Of a stretch of 64,000 bases of DNA, positions 39,301-49,361 are shown piece by piece (the stretch's first letter is position 1; every line of letters starts with the position of its first letter). Location: assembly GCA_051251855.1 (NCBI GenBank), contig JBPOGI010000001.1, positions 1,440,001-1,504,000 of the forward strand. The letters are read 5' to 3'. Position numbers and translations under genes: made by a program. The notes beneath the pieces were generated by a model. It was not told the DNA's origin and ran no database searches. It saw nothing but the letters and a program-made list of their open reading frames with translations. The stretch comes from Roseibacillus sp. Its GTDB lineage: Bacteria > Verrucomicrobiota > Verrucomicrobiia > Verrucomicrobiales > Akkermansiaceae.

Positions 39301-39374
39301 ACAATACTAGCCAAGAACAAGTCTGGAACGATAACAACATGCCGCTCTATGACCAAACCTTCTCTCACCCCTAA
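36372..39374 (+). CDS. Modular secreted sulfatase: two tandem ~195-aa N-terminal domains, internal DxDGDG module, C-terminal S1 sulfatase
   Basis: Signal peptide; duplicated TILGG.TGNADFEAS...PRIDVI; RPNILLILADDLG, CGPSR, GKWHLG. Confidence 0.9.
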   Translation: MNFKTTLLIASVLSLGQVGVNAQTTILGGATGNADFEASSPASGQVPYDSTNNWFNASGAETLNFTHDTQMNGSSQSASRGGMPFNNRAQVNDTGYTITAAGKVFTLSYDFGAGGGLAGWNGDEFLDAFLFTIAAGDTVDGDLVEGNFTETLVTNTYNVDRANDGQWTTHTAPTYYTTSAADVGKTVYLGIKFSHGTGNILYPRIDVIQLSVVTPTPPPSSTILGGSTGNADFEASTPATGALPFSSTTNWFNASGAESTNFSNDSQTAGSSQPNSRGGMPFDNRIQVNSTGFTITAADEVISLSYEFGATGLDTNWTGDEVHNSFLFTIANGDVVDGDLVEADFTEVLTTDSYSMDRPNNDSWTTRSVPYFYITTAADIGKTLYFGMKFDQGTGPTVFPRIDVISLTIGTIPPPLPATGWDEFVTQYGLTGIGTDDFDGDGQVDLHEFAFGGNPTDASSQGAQPAIEIVNAGNEAAYRNLATNHSDPGISYVTEWSEDLTATIWQRTWDSSSTAATSDPDFNEKTQEISTSGKPRLFARTMVTQPDRPNILLILADDLGYADVGFNGSTDIITPEMDVLAQDGTIFSSAYVVHPFCGPSRMGLFTGRYPHEYGGPFNLPPYSSGDYRDQGTPTSETLISTVLKNGGYSTGLMGKWHLGHEPQSHPNVRGFDHFYGFLGGGILYFGPYQANNAAGTVWDYRIYPQENGVDDTSLTANDYMTDVLSQKGIDFINAEASNDDPFFLMMSYNAPHTVLAAKQEDLDVFPTLTGDRQTYAAMVYALDRGIGDIVDTLKSTGQYDNTLIIFLSDNGGRTDQGANNSPLRGAKGDTWEGGFRVPMFMHWPNRVPAQTTYTHPVSALDFYPTFARLAGAAIPAGKEIDGKNIWDEVLAGESARPGELIYALRHRPGATSQYHSVGGRMDQWKAYRDQNSWSLYNIETDIGETTDVSAQNPTILTQMIDDIEAWSNSHVQPLWWDNTSQEQVWNDNNMPLYDQTFSHP

Positions 39375-39457
39375 TGAGAGTTCTTCAAGAGCCTCACCCT
39401 AAGATGAGTCTCGATAGCGTGAGAGGCGGATCTCCTCCCTTTCGTAGAAAATATAAC

Positions 39458-42202
39458 ATGCTCTCCAAACCTTTGTTCACCCACTTAGCTCTCATTTGGC
39501 TGACAGCTGGTGGCGACTTTGCGGGCGGACAAACCATCGATTTTGAGAGCCAAATTCAGCCCATCTTCGAAGAAAACTGCAGCGACTGCCATGGCGAGGA
39601 TAAGGTGAAATCGGGCTTTCGGGTCGATCAGCGACCCGTGATGCTCAAGGGAGGTGATTCCGGCCTCAAAGCAATCGTGCCGGGACAACCTGAAAAGAGC
39701 TTTTTGATGGAGGTGATTCAAAAGCCTGATGATCCAGACTATCAGATGCCCCCCAAGGGTGACCCCCTCGCTCCTGAACAAATCGCACTCATCAAACAGT
39801 GGATCGAGGAAGGTGCCCAGTGGCCTGGCCAAATGGAAGCCGTTCTCGACGATGGCTCCGACCACTGGTCCTTTCAAACTGTCGTTCGCCCCCAAATCCC
39901 CGGCGACTCTGCCCAGGTTATCGATGCCTTTCTAAATCGAAAACTCGCCGAAGCAGGAATCACACCTAACGAGCCTGCGACCCCTCCTGTCCTCCTCCGT
40001 CGCCTTGCAATCACCCTCACCGGCCTTCCTCCTACCTTTGAAGAAATCCAAGCTTTCGAAGAAGCCTACGCACAGGATGCCGAAAAAGCCTACTCCGACG
40101 CTGTCGAAAGATTACTGGCCTCTCCTCACTTCGGCGAGAGGTGGGCGCAACACTGGCTCGACGTCATTCGCTGGGCCGAGACCAATGGTTCGGAAGCCAA
40201 TCTCTATCGCAAGAATGCCCACGTCTATCGCGACTACGTGACTCGTTCTTTCAATGAGAACAAACCCTACCACCAGTTCATCATCGAACAACTCGCTGGC
40301 GACCAACTTGGCACTGGCGAAGCTACTGGATTCCTCGTGGCTGGACCTCACGTTCCTGCGGCTACCGTGGGTGCAGAAGCCACCGCCATCCGCCAAGCCC
40401 GCGCCGACCGCTTGGACGAGATGATCAACACCCTTGGCGCGTCTGTTCTTGGCGTCACCGTCAGCTGTGCTCGCTGCCACAATCACAAGTTCGACCCGAT
40501 CTCCATTCAGGACTATTACTCTCTTTCGGCGGTGCTACAGGGAGTCGAATTTGGCGCCCGATTTCCAGAGTACGATCAGGAACACCCCAAGAATAAAAGA
40601 GCTCGTGAAATTCGGGAACAGATGAAGCCTCTCCGCCAAGAGCTCTCTAGCGAAGTCGAATCCTGGGCCGAGAACTGGGGCGGCTTCACAGACTTCCATT
40701 TTCCGGCCACCACCACGAAGAAGGTTCGCTTGGAGTTCGCGCAAAACTCGGTACGGATAGACGAGCTGCAATTTTTCGGACCTCAGAATCCCCGAAAGAA
40801 TCTCGCCTTGGCCTCTGAGGGAACGACCGTCGTAGAGGACGAAACCCTCTCTGGCCCTAACTCAAGAGTGTGGAAGGTCAACGATGGTCAATTCGGCACC
40901 AAAGGCTGGAGTGCCAAAGCTCGAAAAGGTTCTCAAGGTCGACCCTGGATCGAAATAACTTTCCCCCAAGCAGTCAAAATCAACCGGCTACGATTCAGCT
41001 CAAACCGAGAATACTTTTTCGAGACCGATTATCTCACTAGCTATAAGCCCGGAGACTTTCCCGATTACATCCTCAAGGTCGAACAAGACGATGGGTCGTG
41101 GTCACCTTTGGGCAGCACCTCGGATACGGAGCAAGCCTTCAAGACCAATCCTACCCTTGGCCAAACCTTCCAGAAACTGCACGGTCAGATCACACGACTG
41201 CAGGAAGAAGGACCGCAGCCTAGCTTCGTTGGCCGCTTCGTCGAACCAGTCGTCACCAAGGTCCTCCTTCGTGGTAGCCCAGAAACTCCCCGGGATATCG
41301 TTCCTCCCGCTGGGTTCGAGATTATGGATGGAGATTTGGGTTTGGACAACAAGACTCCCGAGTCCGAGAGACGCCTAAAATATGCGCAATGGCTTGTTCG
41401 AAAAGAGCACCCCCTCACCTCTCGAGTGATGGTCAATCGCATTTGGCACCACATTTTCGGTTCGGGCATTGTAGCGACTGGGAGTGATTTCGGTCTCGCA
41501 GGAGCACCGCCAACCCACCCCGAGCTTCTGGACTGGTTGGCAGCCGAATTCATGAATCCCACTCAAAGCGAGCAAGACTGGTCTGTTAAAGACATGATTC
41601 GCCTCCTCGTCAAAAGTGATGCCTTCCGCCGCAGTAGCCACCCCAATCAAGACAGCCTCGCAAAAGACGGCCTTTCGCAACTCCTCTGGCGCTTTCCACC
41701 TCGTCGAGTCGAGGCGGAAGTCATCCGTGATAGTATCCTGCAAGCTTCCGGCAAACTCGATCCCACGCTTGGGGGCCGCAGCTTCCGAATTCACAACGTC
41801 AAAGCCACCTACGCCCAATGGCAGGTCGAGGACAACTACAGTTCCAAGACCTGGAGACGTATGCTCTATCAGGAAAGAATGCGTCGCGTAGACGACCAAA
41901 TATTCACCGCTTTTGACTTCCCTGACTGCGGCCAAGTGCGAGCCAAGCGTCCTGTTTCCACCACTCCCCTGCAAGCGCTCAACCTGATGAACAGTCCCTT
42001 CGTCGTCGACCAATCGAATCATCTCGCCCAACGTGCCATCGCCGAAAGTGGCGACGAAAAAGAAGTTCAAGTTCGTCGCGCTTTTCAACTCCTCCTCGCA
42101 CGCCAGCCGAGCTCGGACGAACTTGCCGCCACCAAAAACATAGACCTTCTTCTCGTCTGCCGCAGCCTCATCAATTCAAACGAATTTTCTTTCCTGCCAT
42201 GA
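39458..42202 (+). CDS. PSD1/planctomycete cytochrome c protein (DUF1549 + DUF1553)
   Basis: CSDCH, HWSF, FGERWAQHWLD, CARCHNHKFDPI, PTHPELLDWLA, TPLQALNLMN; start uncertain (39374-39458). Confidence 0.9.
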   Translation: MLSKPLFTHLALIWLTAGGDFAGGQTIDFESQIQPIFEENCSDCHGEDKVKSGFRVDQRPVMLKGGDSGLKAIVPGQPEKSFLMEVIQKPDDPDYQMPPKGDPLAPEQIALIKQWIEEGAQWPGQMEAVLDDGSDHWSFQTVVRPQIPGDSAQVIDAFLNRKLAEAGITPNEPATPPVLLRRLAITLTGLPPTFEEIQAFEEAYAQDAEKAYSDAVERLLASPHFGERWAQHWLDVIRWAETNGSEANLYRKNAHVYRDYVTRSFNENKPYHQFIIEQLAGDQLGTGEATGFLVAGPHVPAATVGAEATAIRQARADRLDEMINTLGASVLGVTVSCARCHNHKFDPISIQDYYSLSAVLQGVEFGARFPEYDQEHPKNKRAREIREQMKPLRQELSSEVESWAENWGGFTDFHFPATTTKKVRLEFAQNSVRIDELQFFGPQNPRKNLALASEGTTVVEDETLSGPNSRVWKVNDGQFGTKGWSAKARKGSQGRPWIEITFPQAVKINRLRFSSNREYFFETDYLTSYKPGDFPDYILKVEQDDGSWSPLGSTSDTEQAFKTNPTLGQTFQKLHGQITRLQEEGPQPSFVGRFVEPVVTKVLLRGSPETPRDIVPPAGFEIMDGDLGLDNKTPESERRLKYAQWLVRKEHPLTSRVMVNRIWHHIFGSGIVATGSDFGLAGAPPTHPELLDWLAAEFMNPTQSEQDWSVKDMIRLLVKSDAFRRSSHPNQDSLAKDGLSQLLWRFPPRRVEAEVIRDSILQASGKLDPTLGGRSFRIHNVKATYAQWQVEDNYSSKTWRRMLYQERMRRVDDQIFTAFDFPDCGQVRAKRPVSTTPLQALNLMNSPFVVDQSNHLAQRAIAESGDEKEVQVRRAFQLLLARQPSSDELAATKNIDLLLVCRSLINSNEFSFLP

Positions 42203-43794
42203 AAAAATTCTTCGTCCTTCTCGCCACCACGATCATTCCGCTCACCGCAGCGCAAAAGCCGAATGTGTTATTCATCGCCATCGATGATTTACGTCCCGAG
42301 CTCGGTTGCTATGGCTCCCCCATCGCGCAATCGCCCCACCTCGACAAGCTCGCTTCCGAGGGAATGCTCTTCAAACGCGCCTACTGCCAACAGGCCATCT
42401 GCCACCCCTCCCGCTCCAGCCTCCTCTCCGGACTGCGCCCCGAAAGCATGGGCATCGTCCACAACTACATCGCCTTTCGCGAGGGTAGTCCCGATGTCGT
42501 GACTCTACCTCAGCACTTTGCTGCCAACGGCTACGAGACTGTCTATTGTGGAAAAATTTTCCACGGCAAGTGGACAGACGACGAGAAATCGTGGACCCGC
42601 AAACCGCACCACAAAGGACTGGCCCCAGAAATAAAGAAGCCGCAAAAATTCGCTCTCGAAGAAAACAAGAAACTCCAAAACAAGCAGTTCAAAGCCATGT
42701 TCGAGAAGTATGGCGAAGCCGCTCGTCGTGGACTCTCAAGTGGACCGGCCTACGAGGCTGGCGATGTCCCGGACCACTTCTACCTCGATGGCTACAATAC
42801 AGAGCTCGCGGTCGCTACTCTGGCTGACATCGTGGCAGATGAAAATGAAAAGCCCTTCTTTCTCGCTCTCGGCTTCAGCAAGCCTCATCTCAATTGGATC
42901 GCGCCCAAGAGATACTGGGACCTCTACGACCGCGCGAACATCAAACTTGCCAAGCAAACAGAAGCTCCCCAGGGAGGTGCCGCGATGGGACTTCATGCCT
43001 CTTTTGAATTACGAGTGCGCGACCTCGTACCCAACTATGGCCCGTTTGAAGACCAGCTCTCCAAGACCCTTCTTCATTCCTATTATGCCTGTGTGAGCTA
43101 CGTGGATGCTCAAATCGGAAAAATGCTCACCGCTCTCGAGGAATCGGGTCAGCGCGAAAACACCATCATCGTGGTCTGGGGCGACCACGGCTGGCACCTC
43201 GGCGAAATGGGCATCTGGGGCAAGGCCACCAACTACGAAATCGGGACCCGCGTTCCCCTGCTCGCCTGGACTCCTAACATGAAAGCGCGAGGCCAAAAAA
43301 GTGAATCCTTGGTAGAACTGTTAGACCTCTACCCCACTCTCTGCGACCTCGCCGGTCTTCCGATTCCGGAAGTTCTCGAAGGAAAAAGCTTCGCTCCCAT
43401 CCTCGACGACCCAGCGGTTGAGATCAAAGAAGTCGCCATCAGTCAGTTCCCCAATCCTGCTCTGCGCGAATGGGCCGCCAATCCACTTTCCGAAGGGATG
43501 CGCGAAACTTTCTTCGGCCCTCTTATCCGTGACGTCGAGGCCCGTATCATCACGCAACAAGGAGAAAAATGGGACCGCGAATTCTTCGAAAACCATCTCA
43601 TGGGCTATGCCGTGCGCTCCGACCGCTTTCGTATGATTCTCTGGCGCGACATTCGCGACCGCAACGCCGAAGCTACCTTTGTCGAACTCTACGACCACCA
43701 GAACGACCCCACCGAGACCGTCAACGTAGCCTCCCAACACCCCGAAGTCATCGCCGACCTCACCCGTAAACTCAACCAGTCCTTCACCAAATGA
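42199..43794 (+). CDS. Sulfatase (iduronate-2-sulfatase-like subgroup)
   Basis: PNVLFIAIDDLRP, CHPSR, GKIFH, KPHL, WGDHGWHLGE. Confidence 0.93.
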   Translation: MKKFFVLLATTIIPLTAAQKPNVLFIAIDDLRPELGCYGSPIAQSPHLDKLASEGMLFKRAYCQQAICHPSRSSLLSGLRPESMGIVHNYIAFREGSPDVVTLPQHFAANGYETVYCGKIFHGKWTDDEKSWTRKPHHKGLAPEIKKPQKFALEENKKLQNKQFKAMFEKYGEAARRGLSSGPAYEAGDVPDHFYLDGYNTELAVATLADIVADENEKPFFLALGFSKPHLNWIAPKRYWDLYDRANIKLAKQTEAPQGGAAMGLHASFELRVRDLVPNYGPFEDQLSKTLLHSYYACVSYVDAQIGKMLTALEESGQRENTIIVVWGDHGWHLGEMGIWGKATNYEIGTRVPLLAWTPNMKARGQKSESLVELLDLYPTLCDLAGLPIPEVLEGKSFAPILDDPAVEIKEVAISQFPNPALREWAANPLSEGMRETFFGPLIRDVEARIITQQGEKWDREFFENHLMGYAVRSDRFRMILWRDIRDRNAEATFVELYDHQNDPTETVNVASQHPEVIADLTRKLNQSFTK

Positions 43795-45278
43795 ACGAAG
43801 CCGAAAACATCTCTGCTCACGGTCGGGAGCTCCTGAGCCGACGCAACTTCATGCGCAATGCTGGCTTTTCGCTGGGAGGCCTGGGTTTAGCTCAACTCTT
43901 GGCGAGCGATGACCCGCTCAACTTTTCCGGCAAACAACCTATCCGACCGAAACTGGATGCCGAGCAACCCTACGCTCCGCGCTCGCCTCACTTTGAGCCC
44001 AAGGCAAAGCGCGTCCTCATCATCTACTGTCCCGGCGCCGTCAGCCAGGTTGACACTTGGGACTACAAGCCCGCACTCACCAAATATCATGGCCAAAAGC
44101 CTCCCGGCATTCCCGCGGTCACCTTCGAAGGCCCCACCGGAAACATCGCCAAGCCCTTCTGGGATTTCAGGCCGCGTGGCGAATGCGGCAAGATGACCTC
44201 CGACCTCCTCCCTCACATGGGCAAACATGTGGACGAGTATTGTTTCATTCACTCTCTCACCACCCAGACCAGTGCCCACCCGCAGGGTGAGAACTTCTTC
44301 AACACCGGCTTCACCATGGAGGGCTTTCCTTCCTTTGGTTCTTGGGTCACCTACGCCCTTGGGTCCGCCAGCTCGGACTTGCCTGCTTTCGTCGCTATCA
44401 ACGATCCCCGTGGCATGGCCCGCTCGGGCAAGAACAACTTCGGCAACGGCTTCCTCCCCGCCGCTTTCCAAGGAACCGATTTCAACGCCAAGAACCCTCC
44501 CGCCAACTTGGCCCGTCCTTTCTCCATGTCTCACGCGGATGACAAGGCCACCAACGAACTCCTCAAGAAGCTCAACAACAAGCATCTCGAACTCTACCCC
44601 GGCGACTCAGATTTGGCTGCTCGTATCGCCAGCTACGAGCTCGCGGGACAGATGCAAACTTCGGTCCCTGAAATAATGGGGCTCGATAGCGAACCCGCCT
44701 CCATTCATGCCGAGTATGGCACCGATAGTGGCACCGTGCTCAAACGTGAATACGCCAAAAACTGCATTCTCGCCCGTCGTTTGTTAGAAAAAGGAGTGAG
44801 AGTGGTGCAACTTTTCAACGGTTCTGATCCTTCGGGCGGAAACGGGATCACGAACTGGGATTCCCATTCAAAAATCAAAGAGACCCATGCCATGCAGGCC
44901 GAAATCATGGACCAACCGACCGGAGCCCTCATCGGCGACCTCAAAAGACGCGGCTTACTCGAAGACACCCTCGTCGTTTGGTGCACCGAATTCGGACGCA
45001 TGCCCTTCTTGCAAGGAAACGGAACCGGACGCGACCACAACCCAGACTCCTTCACCTGCTTTCTAGCGGGAGCCGGGGTCAAAAAGGGCTTCAGCTTTGG
45101 AGAGAGCGACGAATTCGGCTTCAAGGCTGCAATCGAGCCCAAAGAAATTTACGATTTCAACGCCACCATCCTTCATCTCATGGGCCTCGATCACGAGCGT
45201 CTCAGCTATTATCACAACGGTCTCGAACGCCGCCTCACCAATGTTCACGGCCACGTCATCAAGGAAATGCTGGCATAG
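43791..45278 (+). CDS. DUF1501 family protein (Tat signal)
   Basis: SRRNFM, SQVDTWDYKP, ARRLLEKGVR, WDSH, EFGRMP, GRDHNP. Confidence 0.92.
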   Translation: MNEAENISAHGRELLSRRNFMRNAGFSLGGLGLAQLLASDDPLNFSGKQPIRPKLDAEQPYAPRSPHFEPKAKRVLIIYCPGAVSQVDTWDYKPALTKYHGQKPPGIPAVTFEGPTGNIAKPFWDFRPRGECGKMTSDLLPHMGKHVDEYCFIHSLTTQTSAHPQGENFFNTGFTMEGFPSFGSWVTYALGSASSDLPAFVAINDPRGMARSGKNNFGNGFLPAAFQGTDFNAKNPPANLARPFSMSHADDKATNELLKKLNNKHLELYPGDSDLAARIASYELAGQMQTSVPEIMGLDSEPASIHAEYGTDSGTVLKREYAKNCILARRLLEKGVRVVQLFNGSDPSGGNGITNWDSHSKIKETHAMQAEIMDQPTGALIGDLKRRGLLEDTLVVWCTEFGRMPFLQGNGTGRDHNPDSFTCFLAGAGVKKGFSFGESDEFGFKAAIEPKEIYDFNATILHLMGLDHERLSYYHNGLERRLTNVHGHVIKEMLA

Positions 45279-45353
45279 AGTCGACACTGGAAACATCAAT
45301 GCAGCGACAAACGCGTTTCTGCCTTTAGCCCGACTTTGTCGGGGCTAGAAGTC

Positions 45354-48300
45354 CTAATCTTCTGGCAAGGGCGTAGCCCGAACACGGAAGAAGCGCTTTT
45401 CATCACCATCTGCCGACACATCGGGGTAGGTTGCGTTTTCCAAGCCGCCACCGAGAGAAACTGCGGTCACTGAGTCCGTAGCCACGACATCCCAAGACTC
45501 CAAATCATCGCCGGCAACAAGCTCGTAGTTCACGTCAATGGTGTTTTCCGGTCGAGCCACAATCGCTGCTGGGTGAGTCTCCGCCATCTCATCCTCCCAC
45601 CAAACCAATGAAGCATCGATTCGGTCCGCCACTCTCGGATTCGTTCCAAAGGCATACTCCGAAAAGTTATTGCGACCATCGCCATCCGGATCCGCATCCG
45701 GCCCCGAAATCAACGCATCGTCACGCTCTTCAGAGGTAAAGTGGAAATTATCCCAACCATAGTAAGCCTGAGCAAGACTCGCATCTCCAGCTCCCGGACT
45801 CCCCTGCTCCGCTAAACCCATCCCCCAGGACTGCGGACTATCAAATTGGTCGTAGCTGAGACTTTCGACATCTCTCACCACCAACGAACGGCCATCGCCA
45901 TCGCTCGCAGGATACCAGCCATCCTTGTATTCAAAATCCAACACCACCTCACCAACCGGATCGAGCAATTGCAGACGCTCACCGCTGTTAGAAAGCTCTC
46001 CCAGATAGGGTCCCACCACATTGGCGGTCGCGGTCGGATAGCGAACCGAAAAAGCTGCTGGATTGCGGGCCAAGATAATCCGCTCTCCCACCGCCAAAGA
46101 AACATTGGGGAACTCAAACTCAATTCCTTCTCCAAAGTAACAGTCTTCCAGAGCAAGAACTGCGCCTCCAACATTCATCAATTCCAAATACTCAAAATCA
46201 CTCTCATTCACCCCTAACAAAGCCACTGATTCAGCCGCAGTCGGGTCGACAGGATGATACTGAAGTTCCGAAATCCGCAAACCCACTTGAGCTACCGTCG
46301 GATTGGCACCATAGCTAAAACTCGAAATCAATTGCCCGTCGGCATCCCGTAAACTGACGGTCTCACCCCGTGCCGAAAGCTGGCCCTTGTAGTTCCCCTG
46401 CAAGAACCGCTTTTGCCCCGCACGCGGGCCCGAACTGCGACTCCGAAATCCAAACACGTTCTTTGCCACATGCAGGAGCCCCCGATACTCTGCCGCAGTC
46501 GTGCCATTGCCTGCAGGAATGACCACTCCACCCTGAAAGGTATGTTCGATACCTCCGTCGAGCGTCCATCCCGAGATATCAACTGCGGTCGCGAGGTTAT
46601 TTCGCAAAATCACATACTCCGCTTCCTGCGTGCCTTCGGACGGCAGATAGTCCACACTATCAAAAGTCACCGATTGCGAACCCGCGATTTGAGGAGAGTT
46701 CGGAATTGGAGTCCCCCCCGAAAGGCCCTGTCGCTGCATGAGAGGACGATTCGAACTTTGGTCAAAAAGAAAGCTGCGACGTGGGACCAAAAAATCTGAA
46801 ATCACCCGCTCAACTTCTTCTCGTGGTCGATTGTCGAGAAAATCAGGAGGGTTTCCCCACCGCGCATGGTCCCGATCTCCATCGGTCAGCGGAGACGGAT
46901 TCGCCGGATTGGGATCAACCAAAGCCGCTAACTGGCGCATGCGCACCTGATAGGGGCTGTTCGCCTCTCCCGGAGCGCCCAAAATTTCATCCATCGCCGA
47001 GCGCAAGCGTCGAGTGATCATCTGCTGAAACTCAGGCGTCTCATACAAGAGATTATACAGCCGATTGTTAGAAATATTGCCTCGTAACCGAATATCCGAA
47101 ACCATGGCATCATTAAAATAGCCCCCCTGCCCATTGTCGCCATTCCACTTGTGCCCGTGACTCAAATCTACGTCCCACACCATTGGCCTCCAAAGACCAC
47201 TGCGATTAAGGTCATGGTAGAGATAGTAGTTCTTGTGACCGTGATCCATATCCGAGTTCACCTGCCGGGTGACGAGATAATTCACCGCAGCCGGAATATC
47301 GAGATAGTCATAAGCGTAGGTCCGTCGATTTGCGAGAGAACGATTTTCGTCCAATTGTGATGAGAAAAACTCCAAATCACTATTGCCTTCTTCCTGCCGG
47401 GTCTTTTTTTCCACATTCACCGTCGGAACCGAATCGTAGACTTTGTAGAGCGAGCCCTCGGGGTCGAACCCGTTTCGCTCCAACATCCGGTCATCGCCAT
47501 CTTCCATCAAATCCATAACACCGTGAAAGGCACCGTTGAGATGCACTCGAACCGGTTCACAAAAGTGGTCCGGCGTCCCCATCCATCGCCCAATCTCATG
47601 GCAAAAACTATTCCGCGTCTTGGTCTTGTCGGCGTAATTGCTCAGCAAGTTCAGGTCCTTCACCTTGCGCTCGCCATCTTTCCAATCAAAGCGGAAGCCA
47701 TCGTTTGAATCGAAGTCGTAACTCTTTTTGGCGAAAGTTCGTGATGACTGCCCATGAATCTTATGCCCGATGTTGTCGTAAAAATAGCCTCGATAAAGCA
47801 TCGATCCTCGGAACGGCTCGTTCACCGGCCCATCAGCAGGAGCGCCCGCCACGAACCAATCCATCACCTGCAACAGCGTATCGGCTTCATCGGTTCGTTC
47901 AGCAACAGTCCCCAAATATTCGGGCGAATCCAAAGGATCGCGAAAAGCAGGCCATTTCGAGAGATTGCCCTCCGCATCCTGAACCTCAAACCGCCAACGA
48001 AACATCTGGCCATGGGAAATCATATTGGTCGGCAAAAGCGCTGTGTAGACATCATCCCCAGACTCCGCATCAGGTGCCACGCCATCATCCTTCATGACCA
48101 CCGGAGCCAACTCCCCGGCATAGCCAATTCGCGCGATGGCCCGCACTTGAGAAATGACACTTCCAGTCTCTACCACCGTGGCCGAAACAGTCAAAGGCGG
48201 ACTCGAAGACTGCCCCGTAGGTCTGGGCACATCTGGGTCCTGCGGGCTCACTTCCGAGATGAGTGCTCCAGGAGTCACCTCTTGCAACAGAGACCCGGGA

Positions 48301-49361
48301 CTCGGCGTGTCGAGATATCCATACTCACCCGAATCCTGAAAGGCCGTTCCCACAATCTCAGGCAGGGCCAAAAAATCAGAGCTACCCGAAGTTCGGTTTA
48401 GCCCCTGAATTGCCAGTAAGTTCTCTCCCGCCACTAAATCTGAAACATCAAGAGCTGTCTCCGACCACTGCTCCCAATCATTTCTGTTCGCCCAAGACGT
48501 CGCTACCGAGTTGTAAGCCAAACTCGAAGGAGCCCTATGCTCGGCAACAGGATTTGCATCGCCATTAAAAAATGCCACCGCGCCATCTTCAAACTTCATC
48601 CGCAAAGTCAGCGAAGTGAAGAGAGACGGGTCACTCACCTCAAACTTCATCCTCAGCAAGACGGAAGTATTCACGTTTCTCATCTGCGACAGAATATCAG
48701 TCCCCACCAAACCATTGAGCCTCCCCATGGTGTCGTATCCGATTCCGGCTGCGCAAGAAGCCCATGCCGAATCATCAAAGGACGCACTCCGGTTCCAACC
48801 ATTGGCATTGCCATGCCCGAACTGACCCGCTCCGAAATTCGTTCCGGAATACTGATTGGCTGAAGAAGGAATGCGATAGCGACCGGGACTGCCTTGCGTC
48901 AACAAAGTGGTGGTAGTGACCTCCATTCCCCGTCCATAAGAAACGTCGCTGACCTGCTTCGGATACTCGGGCGAAAACTCCTGCACCACCTCCGGCAACC
49001 CATTAGAAGCGGCGGGTTGAAAGAGCCCGAGATACTCCCCCCCTCTCGAAAGCTTAAAATTCGAATGGAGCGGCTGCCCTGCCACACTGCGATTTTTTCC
49101 CGAAGCCCAAACCAACATCGTGCCTCCCGGCTCCAAAGTAGCGGCCGGAAAAGTCCACTTGGAGGGACTACCATCATCATCGGTCAGCCACCAGCCCTCC
49201 ATCTCAACAGCGGTGCTCCCGCTATTAAAAAGCTCAACCCAATCTTCCCTGTCTCCGTCTTCATCACGGATACCACCGTCGTTGTCAGCCAAAAACTCCG
49301 AGATCACGATTTGCCCAGGCAGGACCATCGCGGTGAGCAGAAGAAAAAATAGGGATTTCAT
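45354..49361 (-). CDS. Secreted lamin-tail domain / CotH kinase family protein
   Basis: Three LTD-like repeats (VISEFLADN..DWVELFN; EYVILRN; ISELQYHP..EYLELMN); CotH motifs HGQSS..KKSY, KNYYLY, WDVDLS; ATG 49361 gives a signal peptide. Confidence 0.87.
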   Translation of the reverse strand: MKSLFFLLLTAMVLPGQIVISEFLADNDGGIRDEDGDREDWVELFNSGSTAVEMEGWWLTDDDGSPSKWTFPAATLEPGGTMLVWASGKNRSVAGQPLHSNFKLSRGGEYLGLFQPAASNGLPEVVQEFSPEYPKQVSDVSYGRGMEVTTTTLLTQGSPGRYRIPSSANQYSGTNFGAGQFGHGNANGWNRSASFDDSAWASCAAGIGYDTMGRLNGLVGTDILSQMRNVNTSVLLRMKFEVSDPSLFTSLTLRMKFEDGAVAFFNGDANPVAEHRAPSSLAYNSVATSWANRNDWEQWSETALDVSDLVAGENLLAIQGLNRTSGSSDFLALPEIVGTAFQDSGEYGYLDTPSPGSLLQEVTPGALISEVSPQDPDVPRPTGQSSSPPLTVSATVVETGSVISQVRAIARIGYAGELAPVVMKDDGVAPDAESGDDVYTALLPTNMISHGQMFRWRFEVQDAEGNLSKWPAFRDPLDSPEYLGTVAERTDEADTLLQVMDWFVAGAPADGPVNEPFRGSMLYRGYFYDNIGHKIHGQSSRTFAKKSYDFDSNDGFRFDWKDGERKVKDLNLLSNYADKTKTRNSFCHEIGRWMGTPDHFCEPVRVHLNGAFHGVMDLMEDGDDRMLERNGFDPEGSLYKVYDSVPTVNVEKKTRQEEGNSDLEFFSSQLDENRSLANRRTYAYDYLDIPAAVNYLVTRQVNSDMDHGHKNYYLYHDLNRSGLWRPMVWDVDLSHGHKWNGDNGQGGYFNDAMVSDIRLRGNISNNRLYNLLYETPEFQQMITRRLRSAMDEILGAPGEANSPYQVRMRQLAALVDPNPANPSPLTDGDRDHARWGNPPDFLDNRPREEVERVISDFLVPRRSFLFDQSSNRPLMQRQGLSGGTPIPNSPQIAGSQSVTFDSVDYLPSEGTQEAEYVILRNNLATAVDISGWTLDGGIEHTFQGGVVIPAGNGTTAAEYRGLLHVAKNVFGFRSRSSGPRAGQKRFLQGNYKGQLSARGETVSLRDADGQLISSFSYGANPTVAQVGLRISELQYHPVDPTAAESVALLGVNESDFEYLELMNVGGAVLALEDCYFGEGIEFEFPNVSLAVGERIILARNPAAFSVRYPTATANVVGPYLGELSNSGERLQLLDPVGEVVLDFEYKDGWYPASDGDGRSLVVRDVESLSYDQFDSPQSWGMGLAEQGSPGAGDASLAQAYYGWDNFHFTSEERDDALISGPDADPDGDGRNNFSEYAFGTNPRVADRIDASLVWWEDEMAETHPAAIVARPENTIDVNYELVAGDDLESWDVVATDSVTAVSLGGGLENATYPDVSADGDEKRFFRVRATPLPED

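Noticed and set aside
10370..45290. Short intergenic look-alikes CCAGTCGACTCTA (10370), TAGAGTCGACACTGG (45276) and a GTGTCG...CGACAC hairpin (~28374-28396) as a REP family
   Set aside because: Only 2-3 short imperfect copies; cannot be separated from chance without a genome-wide count
45324..45348. Hairpin TAGCCCGAC-TTT-GTCGGGGCTA between the convergent DUF1501 and CotH genes
   Set aside because: Plausible terminator but imperfect, with weak U-tracts; not reported as a feature
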